A DNA stretch of 64,000 nt from assembly GCA_947085765.1 (NCBI GenBank), contig CAMTXZ010000031.1, positions 30,283 through 94,282 of the forward strand, read 5' to 3'. Positions 52,772 to 64,000 of this stretch are shown piece by piece. The position numbers and the translations under genes are program-made. Every line of letters begins with the position of its first letter. Positions within the stretch are counted from its first letter, which is position 1. Under the pieces are notes generated by a model. It worked only from the letters and a program-made list of their open reading frames with translations. It ran no database searches and was not told where the DNA came from. The stretch is from an uncultured Chromatiaceae bacterium. Its GTDB lineage: Bacteria > Pseudomonadota > Gammaproteobacteria > Tenderiales > Tenderiaceae.

Positions 52772-54202
52772 TCAAAAATGAATCGCGCGTTTATCCACTG
52801 CCAATGCGGCTTCGTGCATCGCCTCTGCCAGTGATGGATGGGCGTGAATGGTGCGGGCGATATCTTCGCTGCTGGCGGAGAACTCCATGGCCAGCACTGC
52901 TTCTGCAATCAACTCTGAGGCGTTTGGCCCCATGATGTGTACACCAAGAATGGTGTCGTCTTTGGCATCGCTAAGAATCTTAACCATGCCCACCATGTCG
53001 CCCATGGCGCGGGCGCGGCCGTTGGCCATGAAGGGGAATACCCCCTGTTTAAAACCGACGCCGGATTCGGTTAGCTCTTGTGATGTTTTGCCAACCCAGG
53101 CGATCTCGGGCCAGGTGTAGATGACCCAGGGGATAGTGTTGTAGTTGATGTGGCTGGCCTCTCCGGCGATATGTTCGGCGACGGAGACACCCTCTTCCGA
53201 TGCCTTGTGGGCGAGCATCGGGCCACGTACCACATCACCTACGGCGTAGACATTGGGCACGTTGGTGCGGCAGCGTTCGTCCACCTCTATAAAACCACCA
53301 TTGTCTAACGTTAGGCCAATGCCTGCGGCGTTTAATCCTTCGGTATTGGGTTTGCGGCCTGTGGCAACTAACACTCTGTCGAACTTGAGTTCCTGCTCAC
53401 CCTTTTCATCTTCAATAGTGACAACGACATGGCGCGCGCTAGCCTTGGCTGATTTTGTTTTGGTATTGAGACGGATATCGAGCCCTTGTGCCCGCAGCTC
53501 TTTAAGTGCGGCATCGGCCAACTGTTTGTCGACGGCGGGCAGAAATTGATTACGTCGAATCAGCACAGTGACCTCGCTGCCCAGACGACTCCAGAGACTG
53601 CCCAGCTCCAGGCCGATTACACCACCACCAATCACGGCAAGACTCTTGGGCACTGCGCTGAAACTCAGGGCGCCGCTAGAGTCGACTATGCGGTCACCAT
53701 CCAGCGGCAGCGATTCGACGCTGGCGGGCACGGAACCGGTGGCGATGATGATGTGGTCAGACTCGACCATCTGCGGCTTGGCTTTGCTTTTGCCTTTGCT
53801 GTGCGGGGTAAATTCGATCTGCCCTTCTCCCAGCAGTTTGCCGTGGCCCTGTAACCAGGTGACTCTGTTTTTCATGAAGAGCGCGGCGACACCGCCGGTA
53901 AGCCTTTTGACCACCTCGTCCTTGCGCACCATCATCTGCGCCACATCCAGCGTGGCGCCTTTGGTCATGATGCCGTGGTTGGCAAACTCATGTTGCAGGC
54001 GATGGTAGTGGTGCGAGGTATCAAGCAGCGCCTTGGAGGGGATGCAGCCAACGTTGAGACAGGTACCGCCCAGCGATGGTTTGTTATCCTGGTCGAGCCA
54101 CATGTCGATGCAGGCGGTCTCCAGTCCCAACTGGGCGCAACGAATCGCGGCCACATAACCACCCGGTCCACCACCAATCACAACAACATCATAACGATCC
54201 AT
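52772..54202 (-). CDS. lpdA: Dihydrolipoyl dehydrogenase (E3)
   Basis: 476 aa. MDRYDVVVIGGGPGGYVAAIRCAQLGL…, redox-active GGTCLNVGCIPSK. Confidence 0.95.
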   Translation of the reverse strand: MDRYDVVVIGGGPGGYVAAIRCAQLGLETACIDMWLDQDNKPSLGGTCLNVGCIPSKALLDTSHHYHRLQHEFANHGIMTKGATLDVAQMMVRKDEVVKRLTGGVAALFMKNRVTWLQGHGKLLGEGQIEFTPHSKGKSKAKPQMVESDHIIIATGSVPASVESLPLDGDRIVDSSGALSFSAVPKSLAVIGGGVIGLELGSLWSRLGSEVTVLIRRNQFLPAVDKQLADAALKELRAQGLDIRLNTKTKSAKASARHVVVTIEDEKGEQELKFDRVLVATGRKPNTEGLNAAGIGLTLDNGGFIEVDERCRTNVPNVYAVGDVVRGPMLAHKASEEGVSVAEHIAGEASHINYNTIPWVIYTWPEIAWVGKTSQELTESGVGFKQGVFPFMANGRARAMGDMVGMVKILSDAKDDTILGVHIMGPNASELIAEAVLAMEFSASSEDIARTIHAHPSLAEAMHEAALAVDKRAIHF

Positions 54203-54286
54203 ACTTAAGCTCCTTGGCCACGCCCCGCTGTTATGGGTTACGCGCGGATGTTGATTGTTAACTGCCTCTGGTACGCATGGCGCACC

Positions 54287-55504
54287 CTACACCTGTAACA
54301 ACATCCGCGCCGGGTCCTCCAGCACCTCTTTTACCTTCACCAGGAACGAGACCGCCTCGCGACCGTCGATGATGCGGTGGTCGTAGGAGATCGCCACATA
54401 CATCATGGGACGAGCGACGATCTGGCCATCCTCGACCACGGCACGCTGTTCGATCTTGTGCATGCCGAGGATCGCGCTCTGTGGTGGATTGAGGATCGGT
54501 GTTGAGAGCAGCGAACCGAAGGTGCCGCCGTTGGTGATACTGAAAGTACCGCCACTCAGATCCTCCATCGACAGCTTGCCTTCCCGCGCCTTGCCGGCAA
54601 AGTCAGTCACCGCCTGCTCCATCTCGGCTAGGCTGAGCTGATCGGCATCACGGATGATAGGCACTACCAGACCTCGCTCAGTACTCACCGCCACCCCCAT
54701 GTCGAAATAGCCGTGATAGATGATGTCGTTGCCATCGATGGAGGCGTTGACGGCAGGAAACTCTTTCAGCGCCTCGCAACACGCCTTGATAAAAAAGGAC
54801 ATGAAACCAAGTTTAATGCCGTGTTTTTTCTGGAACTGCTCCTGATATTTGCTGCGCAGATCCATCACCGGTTGCATGTTGATCTCGTTAAAGGTGGTCA
54901 ACATGGCGGTGGTATGTTGCGCTTCAAGCAGACGTTCGGCGATGCGGGTCCGCAGACGTGTCATTGGCACACGCTGTTCAGGACGGCCACCAGCGCCCAC
55001 TACACTCGTAGAGATCGTAACGCTAGCGGCTGGCTGGCTGGCCTGTTCGAGATGTTTGATAACGTCGGCCTTGGTGAGTCGACCATCGCGGCCCGTCGCC
55101 CGGATAGTGGCCGGATCAAGCTTGCTCTCCACCACCAGTTTGCGCACGGCGGGACTGAGCTCCATGGCGGCTGCGGCCGGTTCTGCTACAGGGGCAGCGG
55201 CCACTTTTGGCGCTTCAGCTTCAGCCTTTGTTTCACTCGCAACCGCAGCAACAGCGGGCGCCTTGGCATCCGTGTCGATGATCGCAATCAGCTCACTGCT
55301 GGTGACCACATCACCACTGTTTTTTTTGATCTCGGTCAGTTTGCCATCTTGTGGCGCCACCACTTCCAACATCACTTTGTCGGTTTCAAGATCGACCAGG
55401 TTCTCGTCACGATAGACGTAGTCGCCACTCTTTTTATGCCAGCGCGCCAGGGTGGCGTCGGGTATCGATTCAGACAGTACTGGCACTTTGACTTCAATCA
55501 GCAT
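54287..55504 (-). CDS. sucB: Dihydrolipoyllysine-residue succinyltransferase (2-oxoglutarate dehydrogenase E2)
   Basis: One lipoyl domain ([25 protein letters not shown]…ETDKV), Ala/Pro linker, catalytic domain with DHRIIDG. Confidence 0.9.
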   Translation of the reverse strand: MLIEVKVPVLSESIPDATLARWHKKSGDYVYRDENLVDLETDKVMLEVVAPQDGKLTEIKKNSGDVVTSSELIAIIDTDAKAPAVAAVASETKAEAEAPKVAAAPVAEPAAAAMELSPAVRKLVVESKLDPATIRATGRDGRLTKADVIKHLEQASQPAASVTISTSVVGAGGRPEQRVPMTRLRTRIAERLLEAQHTTAMLTTFNEINMQPVMDLRSKYQEQFQKKHGIKLGFMSFFIKACCEALKEFPAVNASIDGNDIIYHGYFDMGVAVSTERGLVVPIIRDADQLSLAEMEQAVTDFAGKAREGKLSMEDLSGGTFSITNGGTFGSLLSTPILNPPQSAILGMHKIEQRAVVEDGQIVARPMMYVAISYDHRIIDGREAVSFLVKVKEVLEDPARMLLQV

Positions 55505-55566
55505 TGTTGGACTCCCTTTCAAGCAATTCTGTGCCGCATGCGGCATTGGACAAAATAGATTTCAAA

Positions 55567-58458
55567 TCAATTCACCGGGCGCAAGGTGCGCTGGTTGGGT
55601 TCGGCCTTGCCATTGAGTGCGGCATCGACCAGCGCGGCCTGCGCCAATTGATGCAACCGCAACAGCCCTTCGGCAGGCGCCGCGTACTCTGAACGGCCGG
55701 CATAGAAGATCTCCTGTTTGGCACTGGCCAGATCACGCAGACGTGAATGGATAAAGTACCAGGCGCCCTGATTTTTTGGCTCTTCCTGACACCAGACAAT
55801 CTCGGTGGCCTTGCTGTAACGGGCAAAGACCTCAAGCAAGCGCTGCTCCGGAAAAGGATAGAGCTGTTCGATGCGCACAATCGCCACACCCTTGAGCGCC
55901 AGTTCACGGCGTTTCTCCAGCAGATCAAAATAGACCTTGCCACTACAGACAACAATACGTTTAATCTGCGCGGGTTTGATTGTATCGATCTCGTCGATCA
56001 CCACCTCAAACTGCCCTTCAGTAAGATCGTCCAGAGTCGACACCGAGAGTTTGTGGCGCAGCAGGCTCTTGGGCGACATGATGATCAGCGGTTTGCGGTA
56101 GGGGCGTATCACCTGACGCCGCAGCATGTGAAACATCTGCGCCGGGGTGGTGGGATAGACCACCTGCATGTTGTCTTCGGCGCAAAGTTGTAGATAACGT
56201 TCGAGGCGTGCTGAAGAGTGCTCCGGCCCCTGGCCGTCATAACCATGGGGCAGCATCATCACCAGGCCGCAAAGTCGTGCCCACTTCACCTCACCGGCAC
56301 TGATAAATTGATCGATCACCACCTGCGCGCCGTTGGCAAAATCACCAAACTGCGCCTCCCAGATCACCAGTGTCTCCGGTGAGGCGGTGGAGTAGCCATA
56401 TTCAAAACCAAGCACCGCCTCTTCCGACAACAGCGAGTCGATCACCCGGAAGTGGGCCTGATCCGGTCCCATATTTTGCAGCGGCACATAGGCACCGCGT
56501 TTCAGCTGGTTATGGAACACGGCATGACGATGGAAAAAAGTACCACGACCACTGTCCTGCCCCGTAAGGCGAATCGGATGTCCCTCCAGCAACAGACCAC
56601 CATAGGCGACATTCTCGGCAAAGCCCCAATCCAGCGGCAGCTCACCAGCGGCCATTTTGCGCCGATCGGCAACAATCTTGGCCGCGCGTGAATGGAGCTC
56701 AAAACCCTCCGGCATGGTGGTAAGGGTCTCGGTGATCGCCTTGATACTCTCGAGAGAGAGTTGGGTTTTGCAGACATGGGTCCAGTGAATCTGTTTGTAC
56801 GGACTCCAGTCAACCACAAACTCCTTCTCCGTCTCACTGGTGAGTTCACGCGATACCAGCTTGCCTGCATCCAGCATGGCGCGATAGTCGCGCAACATGG
56901 TATCGGCATCCTCCTGCGTCACCACCCCCTCAGCAATCAGGCGCTGAGTGTAGAGCTGCACGGTGGTGGGGTGTTTGCGAATCGCCTGATACATGATCGG
57001 CTGGGTCACGGCTGGCTCATCGGCCTCGTTGTGGCCGTGACGGCGATAACAGACCAGATCGATCACCACGTCACGTTTGTACTCCTGGCGATAGTCGAGC
57101 GCCAGCTGGGTGGCAAAGACCACCGCTTCGGGATCATCACTATTCACATGGAAGATCGGCGCCTGAATCATGCGCGCCACCTCGGTACAGTACATGGTGG
57201 AGCGGGCATCCAGCGGATTGCTGGTAGTAAAACCAATCTGGTTATTGATGATGATATGAACGGTGCCGCCGGTATTAAAACCGCGCGCCTGAGACATGTT
57301 CAACGTCTCCATCACCACCCCCTGGCCGGCAAAGGCGGCATCACCATGGATCAGGATCGGCAGCACCTGGCTGCCATCAAGATCGCGACGACGGTGCTGA
57401 CGGGCACGTACCGACCCCTCCACCACCGGATTTACAATCTCAAGATGGGAAGGGTTAAACGCCAGCGCCAGATGCACCACACCACCGGATGTTTTCATGT
57501 CGGAGGAGAACCCCTGGTGATATTTCACATCACCGCCACCGCCATTTTCAAGATCAAAAATCCCTTCAAACTCCTGAAACAGATGGGCCGGATTTTTACC
57601 CATGATGTTGACCAGCACATTGAGTCGGCCACGATGGGCCATGCCGATCACTACCTCTTTAACCTTTTGACCACCGCCACGCCACGCCAACTCATCCAGC
57701 AGCGGGATAAGGCTTTCACCACCCTCCAGTGAAAACCGTTTTTGGCCCACGTAACGGGTGTGCAGATACTGCTCCAACCCTTCGGCGGCGATCACTTTAC
57801 GCAGCAGGTGGCAGCGATACTCGGGGGAAAATTTGGGCAAACAACGGGTGCTCTCCAGCTGTTGCTGAATCCAGCGCTTCTGCACCGTATCGGTAATGTG
57901 CATGTACTCAGCACCAATGGAACCACAATAGGTCTCTTGCAGCTGCGTGAGGATATCGCGCAGTTTTGCCTGTGGCGAACCCACCAGAGAACCAGTGCTG
58001 AAGACGGTCTCCATATCCGCCTCCGTCAAGGCGTGATAGCTGGGATCAAGCTCCGACAGTGCCGTTGGCTCCTGCATCCCAAGCGGATCGAGACGCGCCT
58101 GCTGATGGCCACGCACACGGTAGGCGTTGACCAGCTGCAATACCGCCACCTGTTTGCTCTCGCTCACGGCGACAGAACTATTGGCAGTGGTTGTGGAAAG
58201 CACCCGTTGGTGTTGCGCCAGTTTAATAAACTCGGCACGAATCGCAGTGTGATCGACATCAGTCGCAATCGGACCGGGGGCGCTCTGCAACTGTTTAAAA
58301 TAGGCCTGCCATGTCGGCTCGACCAGCTCTGGATCTTCCAGATAACGCTGGTAGAGCTCTTCAATAAACGGCGCATTGCCGCCAAAGAGATGGCTCTGTT
58401 CTAAAAAGTGCTGGTAACGCTGTCCCTTTGAGTTGCTCTGGGAATTATCCTGGCTCAT
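55567..58458 (-). CDS. sucA: 2-oxoglutarate dehydrogenase E1 component
   Basis: 963 aa. …LFGGNAPFIEELYQRYLEDP…, ThDP-binding transketolase-like domains. Confidence 0.95.
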   Translation of the reverse strand: MSQDNSQSNSKGQRYQHFLEQSHLFGGNAPFIEELYQRYLEDPELVEPTWQAYFKQLQSAPGPIATDVDHTAIRAEFIKLAQHQRVLSTTTANSSVAVSESKQVAVLQLVNAYRVRGHQQARLDPLGMQEPTALSELDPSYHALTEADMETVFSTGSLVGSPQAKLRDILTQLQETYCGSIGAEYMHITDTVQKRWIQQQLESTRCLPKFSPEYRCHLLRKVIAAEGLEQYLHTRYVGQKRFSLEGGESLIPLLDELAWRGGGQKVKEVVIGMAHRGRLNVLVNIMGKNPAHLFQEFEGIFDLENGGGGDVKYHQGFSSDMKTSGGVVHLALAFNPSHLEIVNPVVEGSVRARQHRRRDLDGSQVLPILIHGDAAFAGQGVVMETLNMSQARGFNTGGTVHIIINNQIGFTTSNPLDARSTMYCTEVARMIQAPIFHVNSDDPEAVVFATQLALDYRQEYKRDVVIDLVCYRRHGHNEADEPAVTQPIMYQAIRKHPTTVQLYTQRLIAEGVVTQEDADTMLRDYRAMLDAGKLVSRELTSETEKEFVVDWSPYKQIHWTHVCKTQLSLESIKAITETLTTMPEGFELHSRAAKIVADRRKMAAGELPLDWGFAENVAYGGLLLEGHPIRLTGQDSGRGTFFHRHAVFHNQLKRGAYVPLQNMGPDQAHFRVIDSLLSEEAVLGFEYGYSTASPETLVIWEAQFGDFANGAQVVIDQFISAGEVKWARLCGLVMMLPHGYDGQGPEHSSARLERYLQLCAEDNMQVVYPTTPAQMFHMLRRQVIRPYRKPLIIMSPKSLLRHKLSVSTLDDLTEGQFEVVIDEIDTIKPAQIKRIVVCSGKVYFDLLEKRRELALKGVAIVRIEQLYPFPEQRLLEVFARYSKATEIVWCQEEPKNQGAWYFIHSRLRDLASAKQEIFYAGRSEYAAPAEGLLRLHQLAQAALVDAALNGKAEPNQRTLRPVN

Positions 58459-58671
58459 CCTTTACACGCCCATTTCTTGTTATTCCGTATAGAGTTATGT
58501 CGTCAACGCCGACTAAAACTCAAGTATCAAGCGAATTTATTCTATCGCCCCGCCATCACGGCTCTGCCAAAACGTAGCAAACAATTTTTGCTGCGCTTAA
58601 CGCTTAAACACAAAGGCCCGGAACCACGTTAGGAACCAGGCCTGCTCTACACTTTGCAACCCACACTACGC

Positions 58672-59037
<366 letters not shown>

Positions 59038-59085
59038 CTATTCTGCCACTATTGGGATGATTTTCCAGTGACCATTTGTCAATTA

Positions 59086-60702
59086 TCATTTAAAGGCAGA
59101 GGTAATGGGGTAACGGCGATCACGGCCAAAGGCGCGGCGACTGATGCGCACCCCTGGCGGCGCCTGACGCCGTTTATATTCGTTAAGATTAACCAAATAA
59201 ACAGCGCGGTTTACATCTGCCGCGTTGTAACCGGCGGCGATAATCTCTTCGCTGCACATGTCCTGTTCGATATACATCTCCAGAATCGGGTCGAGCACTG
59301 AATAGGGCGGCAGGCTATCTTCATCTTTCTGATCTGGCGCCAACTCTGCCGACGGTGGCCGCTCCAGCACCCGCTGCGGGATCACCGGCGAGATCGAATT
59401 ACGGTATTCACAAAGACGATAGACCAGTGTCTTGGGCACATCCTTGATCGGCGCATAACCACCCGCCATGTCACCGTACAGGGTGCAATACCCCACCGCC
59501 ATCTCACTCTTGTTGCCGGTGGTCAGCACGATCTTACGCTTCTTGTTGGAGATCGCCATCAGCAAAATACCGCGACAGCGGGCCTGAATATTCTCCTCGG
59601 TGGTATCCCACGGTTTATCACCAAACTCATCTTTGAGCAGATCGAGAAAAGTATTAAAGGCCGGTTCGATCGGGATGGTGTGGCACTCGCTGCCGAGCGC
59701 CTGCGCCTCCAGCAACGCATCTTCCAGACTCATATCGGCGGTGTAGCGCGACGGCATGCGCACCCCCTCCACATGTTCGGCTCCGATAGCATCCGCAGCG
59801 ATGGCCAGCACCAGTGCTGAATCGATGCCACCAGAGAGACCAATCACCGCGCCGTTAAAACCGTTTTTGTGAATGTAGTCACGGGTGCCCAGCACCAGCG
59901 CCTGGTAGATACTCGCCTCAACCGAGAATGGCTCCATCAACGTGGCGGGCAGCGGCTCAAGCTGCGCACCCAAGGTAAACTCCACCAGATAGAGTCCTTC
60001 AACACACGCCTCGGCCCGTTGTGTCACTGTGCCATCGGCCGCCATCACAAACGACTGACCATCAAAGACCAGCTCATCCTGACCACCAACCAGATTGCAG
60101 TAGACAATCGGCAGCGCCGCCTCTTGCAGACGCTCACGCATCGCCACCTCACGCTCCTGCCACTTGTTGATGTGGAACGGTGAGGCGTTGAGATTGAGCA
60201 ACAGCTGCGCACCGGATGCAGCGGCCTGAGCCATCGCCCCAGGATGCCACATATCCTCGCAGACAGTCAGGCCGATACGCACACCCTTGCACTCAAAGAC
60301 GCAGGCCTGATCACCCGCTGCGAAATAACGTTTTTCATCAAAGACGCTGTAGTTGGGTAGCTGCTGCTTGTGGTAAACAGCGCGAATCTCACCCTCCTGA
60401 ATCAGCCCGGCACTATTGAACTGGTAGCCGCCAGCCACATCGGGATAACCAACCACCATCGCAATCCCCGTCACCTGTTTGAGCCGCGTCAACCCCTCAC
60501 GAACATAGCGTTGCAGGCCGGGGCGCAGCAGTAGATCTTCAGGCGGATAACCGGTGAGTGTCAGTTCGGGAAATAGAACAAGATCGGCGCGCAGCTCATC
60601 GCGGGCACGCTGGGCAGCTTCAATAACTTTGGAGACATTACCGGCAACATCACCCACTTTGAAATTGTATTGGGCAATGGCGATTCGCAACAGATCAGGC
60701 AT
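59086..60702 (-). CDS. nadE: Glutamine-dependent NAD+ synthetase (nitrilase + synthetase domains)
   Basis: 538 aa. N-terminal CN-hydrolase domain (…LVLFPELTLTGYP…CEDMWHP…) and C-terminal NAD synthetase with SGGIDS P-loop. Confidence 0.9.
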   Translation of the reverse strand: MPDLLRIAIAQYNFKVGDVAGNVSKVIEAAQRARDELRADLVLFPELTLTGYPPEDLLLRPGLQRYVREGLTRLKQVTGIAMVVGYPDVAGGYQFNSAGLIQEGEIRAVYHKQQLPNYSVFDEKRYFAAGDQACVFECKGVRIGLTVCEDMWHPGAMAQAAASGAQLLLNLNASPFHINKWQEREVAMRERLQEAALPIVYCNLVGGQDELVFDGQSFVMAADGTVTQRAEACVEGLYLVEFTLGAQLEPLPATLMEPFSVEASIYQALVLGTRDYIHKNGFNGAVIGLSGGIDSALVLAIAADAIGAEHVEGVRMPSRYTADMSLEDALLEAQALGSECHTIPIEPAFNTFLDLLKDEFGDKPWDTTEENIQARCRGILLMAISNKKRKIVLTTGNKSEMAVGYCTLYGDMAGGYAPIKDVPKTLVYRLCEYRNSISPVIPQRVLERPPSAELAPDQKDEDSLPPYSVLDPILEMYIEQDMCSEEIIAAGYNAADVNRAVYLVNLNEYKRRQAPPGVRISRRAFGRDRRYPITSAFK

Positions 60703-60813
60703 GAGTGAAAGCTCTTCTTCAGATAGGGCGGATGGTGCCTAGTATACCCGCTCCTCCCCCTTCCGGCCGCTACCGAAAGGGGGACGCTGCAACCATTTAC
60801 CTACGGAACAACA

Positions 60814-61686
60814 TCAGCCCTGCAAGGCTGCCAGCATCCTGCTGCCAATCTCGGCAGGTGAGCGGACCACATAGGCGCCCGCTGCTTCAAGGGCCTTGAA
60901 CTTCTCTTCCGCTGTACCCTTGCCACCGGCAATGATGGCGCCAGCGTGACCCATGCGTTTGCCAGGCGGCGCCGTGACACCGGCAATGTAAGCCACTACA
61001 GGCTTGGTGACATACTCTCTAATATATTCAGCGGCGGCCTCTTCGGCGGTACCACCGATCTCACCCACCATCACAATACCTTCGGTCTGTGGATCGTTCT
61101 GGAACAACTCAAGGCAGTCGATGAAATCCATACCTTGGATTGGATCACCACCGATACCGATGCAAGTGCTCTGCCCCAGTCCGTTGTTGGTGGTCTGGAA
61201 TACTGCCTCATAAGTGAGCGTGCCGGAGCGTGAGACGATGCCGATCTTGCCGGGCTTGTGGATGCTGCCCGGCATGATGCCGATCTTGCACTCACCGGGG
61301 GTGATCAGCCCCGGGCAGTTGGGGCCAATCAGGCGCACATCGCTGCCCGCCAGCGCATATTTCACCCTGAGCATATCCTGCACCGGAATCCCTTCGGTGA
61401 TACATGCAATCACACTAATGCCCGCATCGGCCGCTTCCAAGATTGCATCGGCAGCAAAGGCCGCAGGCACGTAGATCATGGTGGCATCGGCACCAGTCTC
61501 ACGCACCGCATCGTGTACGGTATCAAATACGGGAAGGTTGAGGTGCCGCTGGCCACCCTTGCCCGGCGTGACACCACCGACCATCTTGGTGCCGTAAGCA
61601 ATGCCCTGCTCAGAGTGAAACGTACCCTGCTTACCGGTGAATCCCTGGCAGATCACCTTGGTATTTTTGTTGATCAGAACCGCCAT
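60814..61686 (-). CDS. sucD: Succinyl-CoA synthetase α subunit
   Basis: 290 aa. [27 protein letters not shown]…, phospho-His loop …GHAGAII…. Confidence 0.95.
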   Translation of the reverse strand: MAVLINKNTKVICQGFTGKQGTFHSEQGIAYGTKMVGGVTPGKGGQRHLNLPVFDTVHDAVRETGADATMIYVPAAFAADAILEAADAGISVIACITEGIPVQDMLRVKYALAGSDVRLIGPNCPGLITPGECKIGIMPGSIHKPGKIGIVSRSGTLTYEAVFQTTNNGLGQSTCIGIGGDPIQGMDFIDCLELFQNDPQTEGIVMVGEIGGTAEEAAAEYIREYVTKPVVAYIAGVTAPPGKRMGHAGAIIAGGKGTAEEKFKALEAAGAYVVRSPAEIGSRMLAALQG

Positions 61687-61687
61687 C

Positions 61688-62857
61688 TCACTTCACTCCT
61701 TTGGAGGCTGCAACGGCCTTCTGCGCCGCATCGGTCAGATCCAGCGCGCTGGTGATCGCCAGACCGCTGTTATCCAGCAGTTCACGACCCAGTGCCGCAT
61801 TGGTCCCTTCAAGACGCACGATCACCGGGATCGACACCCCAACCTCTTTCACTGCCGCGATGATGCCTTCGGCAATCAGGTTGCAACGCACAATGCCACC
61901 AAAGATATTGACCAACACCGCCTTCACTTTTTTGTCACCGAGGATCAGCTTAAACGCCTCTGCCACCTTCTCTGCCGTCGTACCACCACCAACATCAAGG
62001 AAGTTGGCAGGGAAGCCGCCATGCAGTTTGATCAGGTCCATGGTCGCCATCGCCAGACCGGCGCCGTTGACCATGCAGCCGATCTCGCCATCGAGCGTCA
62101 CATAATTAAGGCCATGTTTTTCGGCTTCGTGTTCGGTGGGGTCTTCCTGCGAGGAATCCTGCATCTCCGCCACATGCTTTTGTCGATACAGCGCGCTGCC
62201 ATCAATACCAACCTTGGCATCCAGCGCCAGCAGCTCACCGGCCTTGGTGATTACCAGCGGATTGATCTCCACCATGCTGGCATCTTTTTCGGTAAACATT
62301 TTATAGAGTGACATGAGCAGCTTGGTCATCTGACCGGCCATCTCACCCGGCAGGCCGATACCAAAACTGATCTGGCGGCACTGGTAGGGCATCAGACCCA
62401 CAGCGGGATCAACAACCACCTTGATCAGCGCCTCGGGCTGGTTAGCAGCTACCTCTTCGATATCCATGCCACCCATGGCCGAGGCCATCACCACAATACG
62501 TTCGCTGGCACGATCCACCAGCAGACTGACATACAGCTCTTTTTCAATATCGCAGAGTGACTCGATCAGTACGGTGTTGATTGGCAAACCCTTGGCGTCG
62601 GTCTGGTGTGTCACCAAGCGTGTACCAAAATAGCCCAGCGCAGCAGCCTTGAGTTCATTAACACTCTTGACCAGCTTCACGCCACCCGCCTTGCCACGAC
62701 CACCGGCATGAACCTGCGCCTTGATCACCCAACCAGCACCACCCAGCGTTTTGGCGGCGGCCTCCACCTCGGCCACCGACTTGGCGGCGACACCTTTGAG
62801 TATCGGCACACCGTATTGCGAGAGGAGCTGTTTTGCTTGGTATTCGTGAAGATTCAT
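61688..62857 (-). CDS. sucC: Succinyl-CoA synthetase β subunit
   Basis: 389 aa. [18 protein letters not shown]…; ATP-grasp domain. Confidence 0.95.
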   Translation of the reverse strand: MNLHEYQAKQLLSQYGVPILKGVAAKSVAEVEAAAKTLGGAGWVIKAQVHAGGRGKAGGVKLVKSVNELKAAALGYFGTRLVTHQTDAKGLPINTVLIESLCDIEKELYVSLLVDRASERIVVMASAMGGMDIEEVAANQPEALIKVVVDPAVGLMPYQCRQISFGIGLPGEMAGQMTKLLMSLYKMFTEKDASMVEINPLVITKAGELLALDAKVGIDGSALYRQKHVAEMQDSSQEDPTEHEAEKHGLNYVTLDGEIGCMVNGAGLAMATMDLIKLHGGFPANFLDVGGGTTAEKVAEAFKLILGDKKVKAVLVNIFGGIVRCNLIAEGIIAAVKEVGVSIPVIVRLEGTNAALGRELLDNSGLAITSALDLTDAAQKAVAASKGVK

Positions 62858-62972
62858 GCTGGCATCCTTCGCCTGAGCTGTGAGTTAATGCCCACTTTTT
62901 TGGGCCTGAGCAACCATGCTATCGACCGCTACTGACAGAGCCTTACCTTTTGATTTTGATCCCAATCGCAAA

Positions 62973-63001
62973 GCACCCCCCTCTCGCCGAGAGGGGGGTG
63001 C
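62973..63001 (-). terminator. GC-rich hairpin downstream of ssb (probable terminator)
   Basis: gcacccccctctc-gcc-gagaggggggtgc, a 13-bp perfect stem. On the minus strand it is followed by a U-rich stretch (tttgcgattgggatcaaaatcaaaa). Confidence 0.5.
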
Positions 63002-63038
63002 TGACAATGCTCATTACCAAAACACCCTGCGTTGACGC

Positions 63039-63545
63039 CTAGAACGGGATGTCATCATCAAAGTCGTCAAAGCCATTATTGTTGCTACCCGTGTTGGCCG
63101 CGGGGGCGGGAGCCTGCTGAGGGGGGGCATTAGACTGCGGCTGACCGCCGCTCTGGTAACCACTGTTCTGGGAGGCACCGCCAAAATCAGAACCTCCTGA
63201 ACCGCTGCGGCCACCCAACATCTGCATCTCATCAGCGACAATCTTGGTGGAAAAGCGCTCCTGGCCGGAGGTTTTGTCCTGATATTTCTCGGTCTTGAGC
63301 TTGCCTTCGATATAGACCTGCGACCCTTTTTTAAGATACTCACCAGCAATCTCGCCGAGACGGCCGAACATCACCACACGATGCCACTCAGTCAGCTCCT
63401 TCTGCTCACCCGTCGCCTTATCCTTCCAGCTCTCGGAAGTGGCGATTGTCAGATTGGCTACCGCACCACCGCTGGGCATGTAACGAACTTCAGGATCTTT
63501 ACCCAGATTGCCTACCAAAATTACTTTGTTAATGCCTCGTGCCAT
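63039..63545 (-). CDS. ssb: Single-stranded DNA-binding protein
   Basis: [40 protein letters not shown]…, Gly/Gln-rich tail and acidic C-terminus DFDDDIPF. Confidence 0.95.
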   Translation of the reverse strand: MARGINKVILVGNLGKDPEVRYMPSGGAVANLTIATSESWKDKATGEQKELTEWHRVVMFGRLGEIAGEYLKKGSQVYIEGKLKTEKYQDKTSGQERFSTKIVADEMQMLGGRSGSGGSDFGGASQNSGYQSGGQPQSNAPPQQAPAPAANTGSNNNGFDDFDDDIPF

Positions 63546-63793
63546 GGATAACTCCTAAACGCTGTTGATGGATACACGCCCGGTCAACGCACCGGGAAAT
63601 TGTAAGCTGCCTATGATCCCATTTTTCCAGCCGATTTGCACCTGCACACCAACCCCATCTCCCCTGCCCTCTATAGGCGAAGCTAAAAATAAAGCAGAAC
63701 ATCAACAAGTTATATAAAAATACAATATAAAACCAAGATGGCTCATCGTATTAAGCGCAAAACGCAAATATCACCACCTGTTAATATATAGAG

Positions 63794-64000
63794 TTAAATC
63801 GTGTTGGCCTGTAGCCGCCAATCATTGGCAAGACAGAAGCTCAGCCACTCCCCCAGGAACTCATTGACCCGCCGTTTTTCACGGCGCTGGCACATCGCAG
63901 GGTTAGGATAATCGTAGCGCGGCTGGAAACGGTGGTGATTCTGGTAGGAGAGGACTTCGGCTACACGTGCATCGTGGTAGATTCGCACCACCATCACCGG
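63794..64000 (-). CDS. Hypothetical protein, C-terminal part (gene continues beyond window end)
   Basis: Open frame on the minus strand to the window edge; no family recognised. Confidence 0.3.
   Translation of the reverse strand, partial: PVMVVRIYHDARVAEVLSYQNHHRFQPRYDYPNPAMCQRREKRRVNEFLGEWLSFCLANDWRLQANTI

Noticed and set aside
60703-60813. Hairpin tcccccttcc…ggaaaggggga between nadE and sucD as a terminator.
   Set aside because: The stem is present but has no adjacent U-tract on either strand, and the region must also contain the nadE start/promoter, so it is not called.

Overview
This window is a chromosomal segment of a high-GC gammaproteobacterium-like genome, mostly housekeeping genes with two AT-rich accessory islands. 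I found no rRNA, tRNA or CRISPR arrays.

Housekeeping content, in order along the window:
- ettA, then a GGDEF/EAL c-di-GMP sensor in a three-gene operon with a small periplasmic protein and an outer-membrane protein.
- A VWA lipoprotein, SCO1/SenC, rimI and a family-4 uracil-DNA glycosylase.
- leuA, pssA and ilvC-ilvH-ilvI on the minus strand, then a MIF-like tautomerase, a dienelactone hydrolase and a pectin-acetylesterase-family esterase.
- metE/metR, then a cobalamin riboswitch in front of nrdAB.
- An AraC-Ogt fusion, an HD-GYP protein, a TetR regulator and a glutathione S-transferase.
- The conserved tesA-ybbA-ybbP locus, def, gcvR-like, pgeF and rluD.
- A tandem array of three BamD paralogs, two of them with SPOR domains, then a nitroreductase and a PRMT-like methyltransferase.
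- lpdA-sucB-sucA, glnB-nadE, sucDC and ssb.

The two AT-rich islands carry the accessory content:
- Island 1 (about 2.7-5.65 kb) encodes an HsdR_N/PD-(D/E)xK-like protein with a roughly 93%-identical 309-bp internal tandem duplication, a HEPN-like (Rx4H) protein and a TIGR02574/RelE-ParE toxin-antitoxin pair.
- Island 2 (about 47.3-52.7 kb) is bounded by an IS transposase remnant. It carries a tightly overlapping four-gene operon: Dam-family N6-adenine methyltransferase, Mre11/SbcD-like metallophosphoesterase, large P-loop NTPase and a 302-aa unknown protein. I cannot assign it to any described defense system from the sequence; this is the strongest novelty candidate.

Other notable signals are a G9 homopolymer that splits the outer-membrane protein gene into two frames, and a degraded SDR gene fragment.
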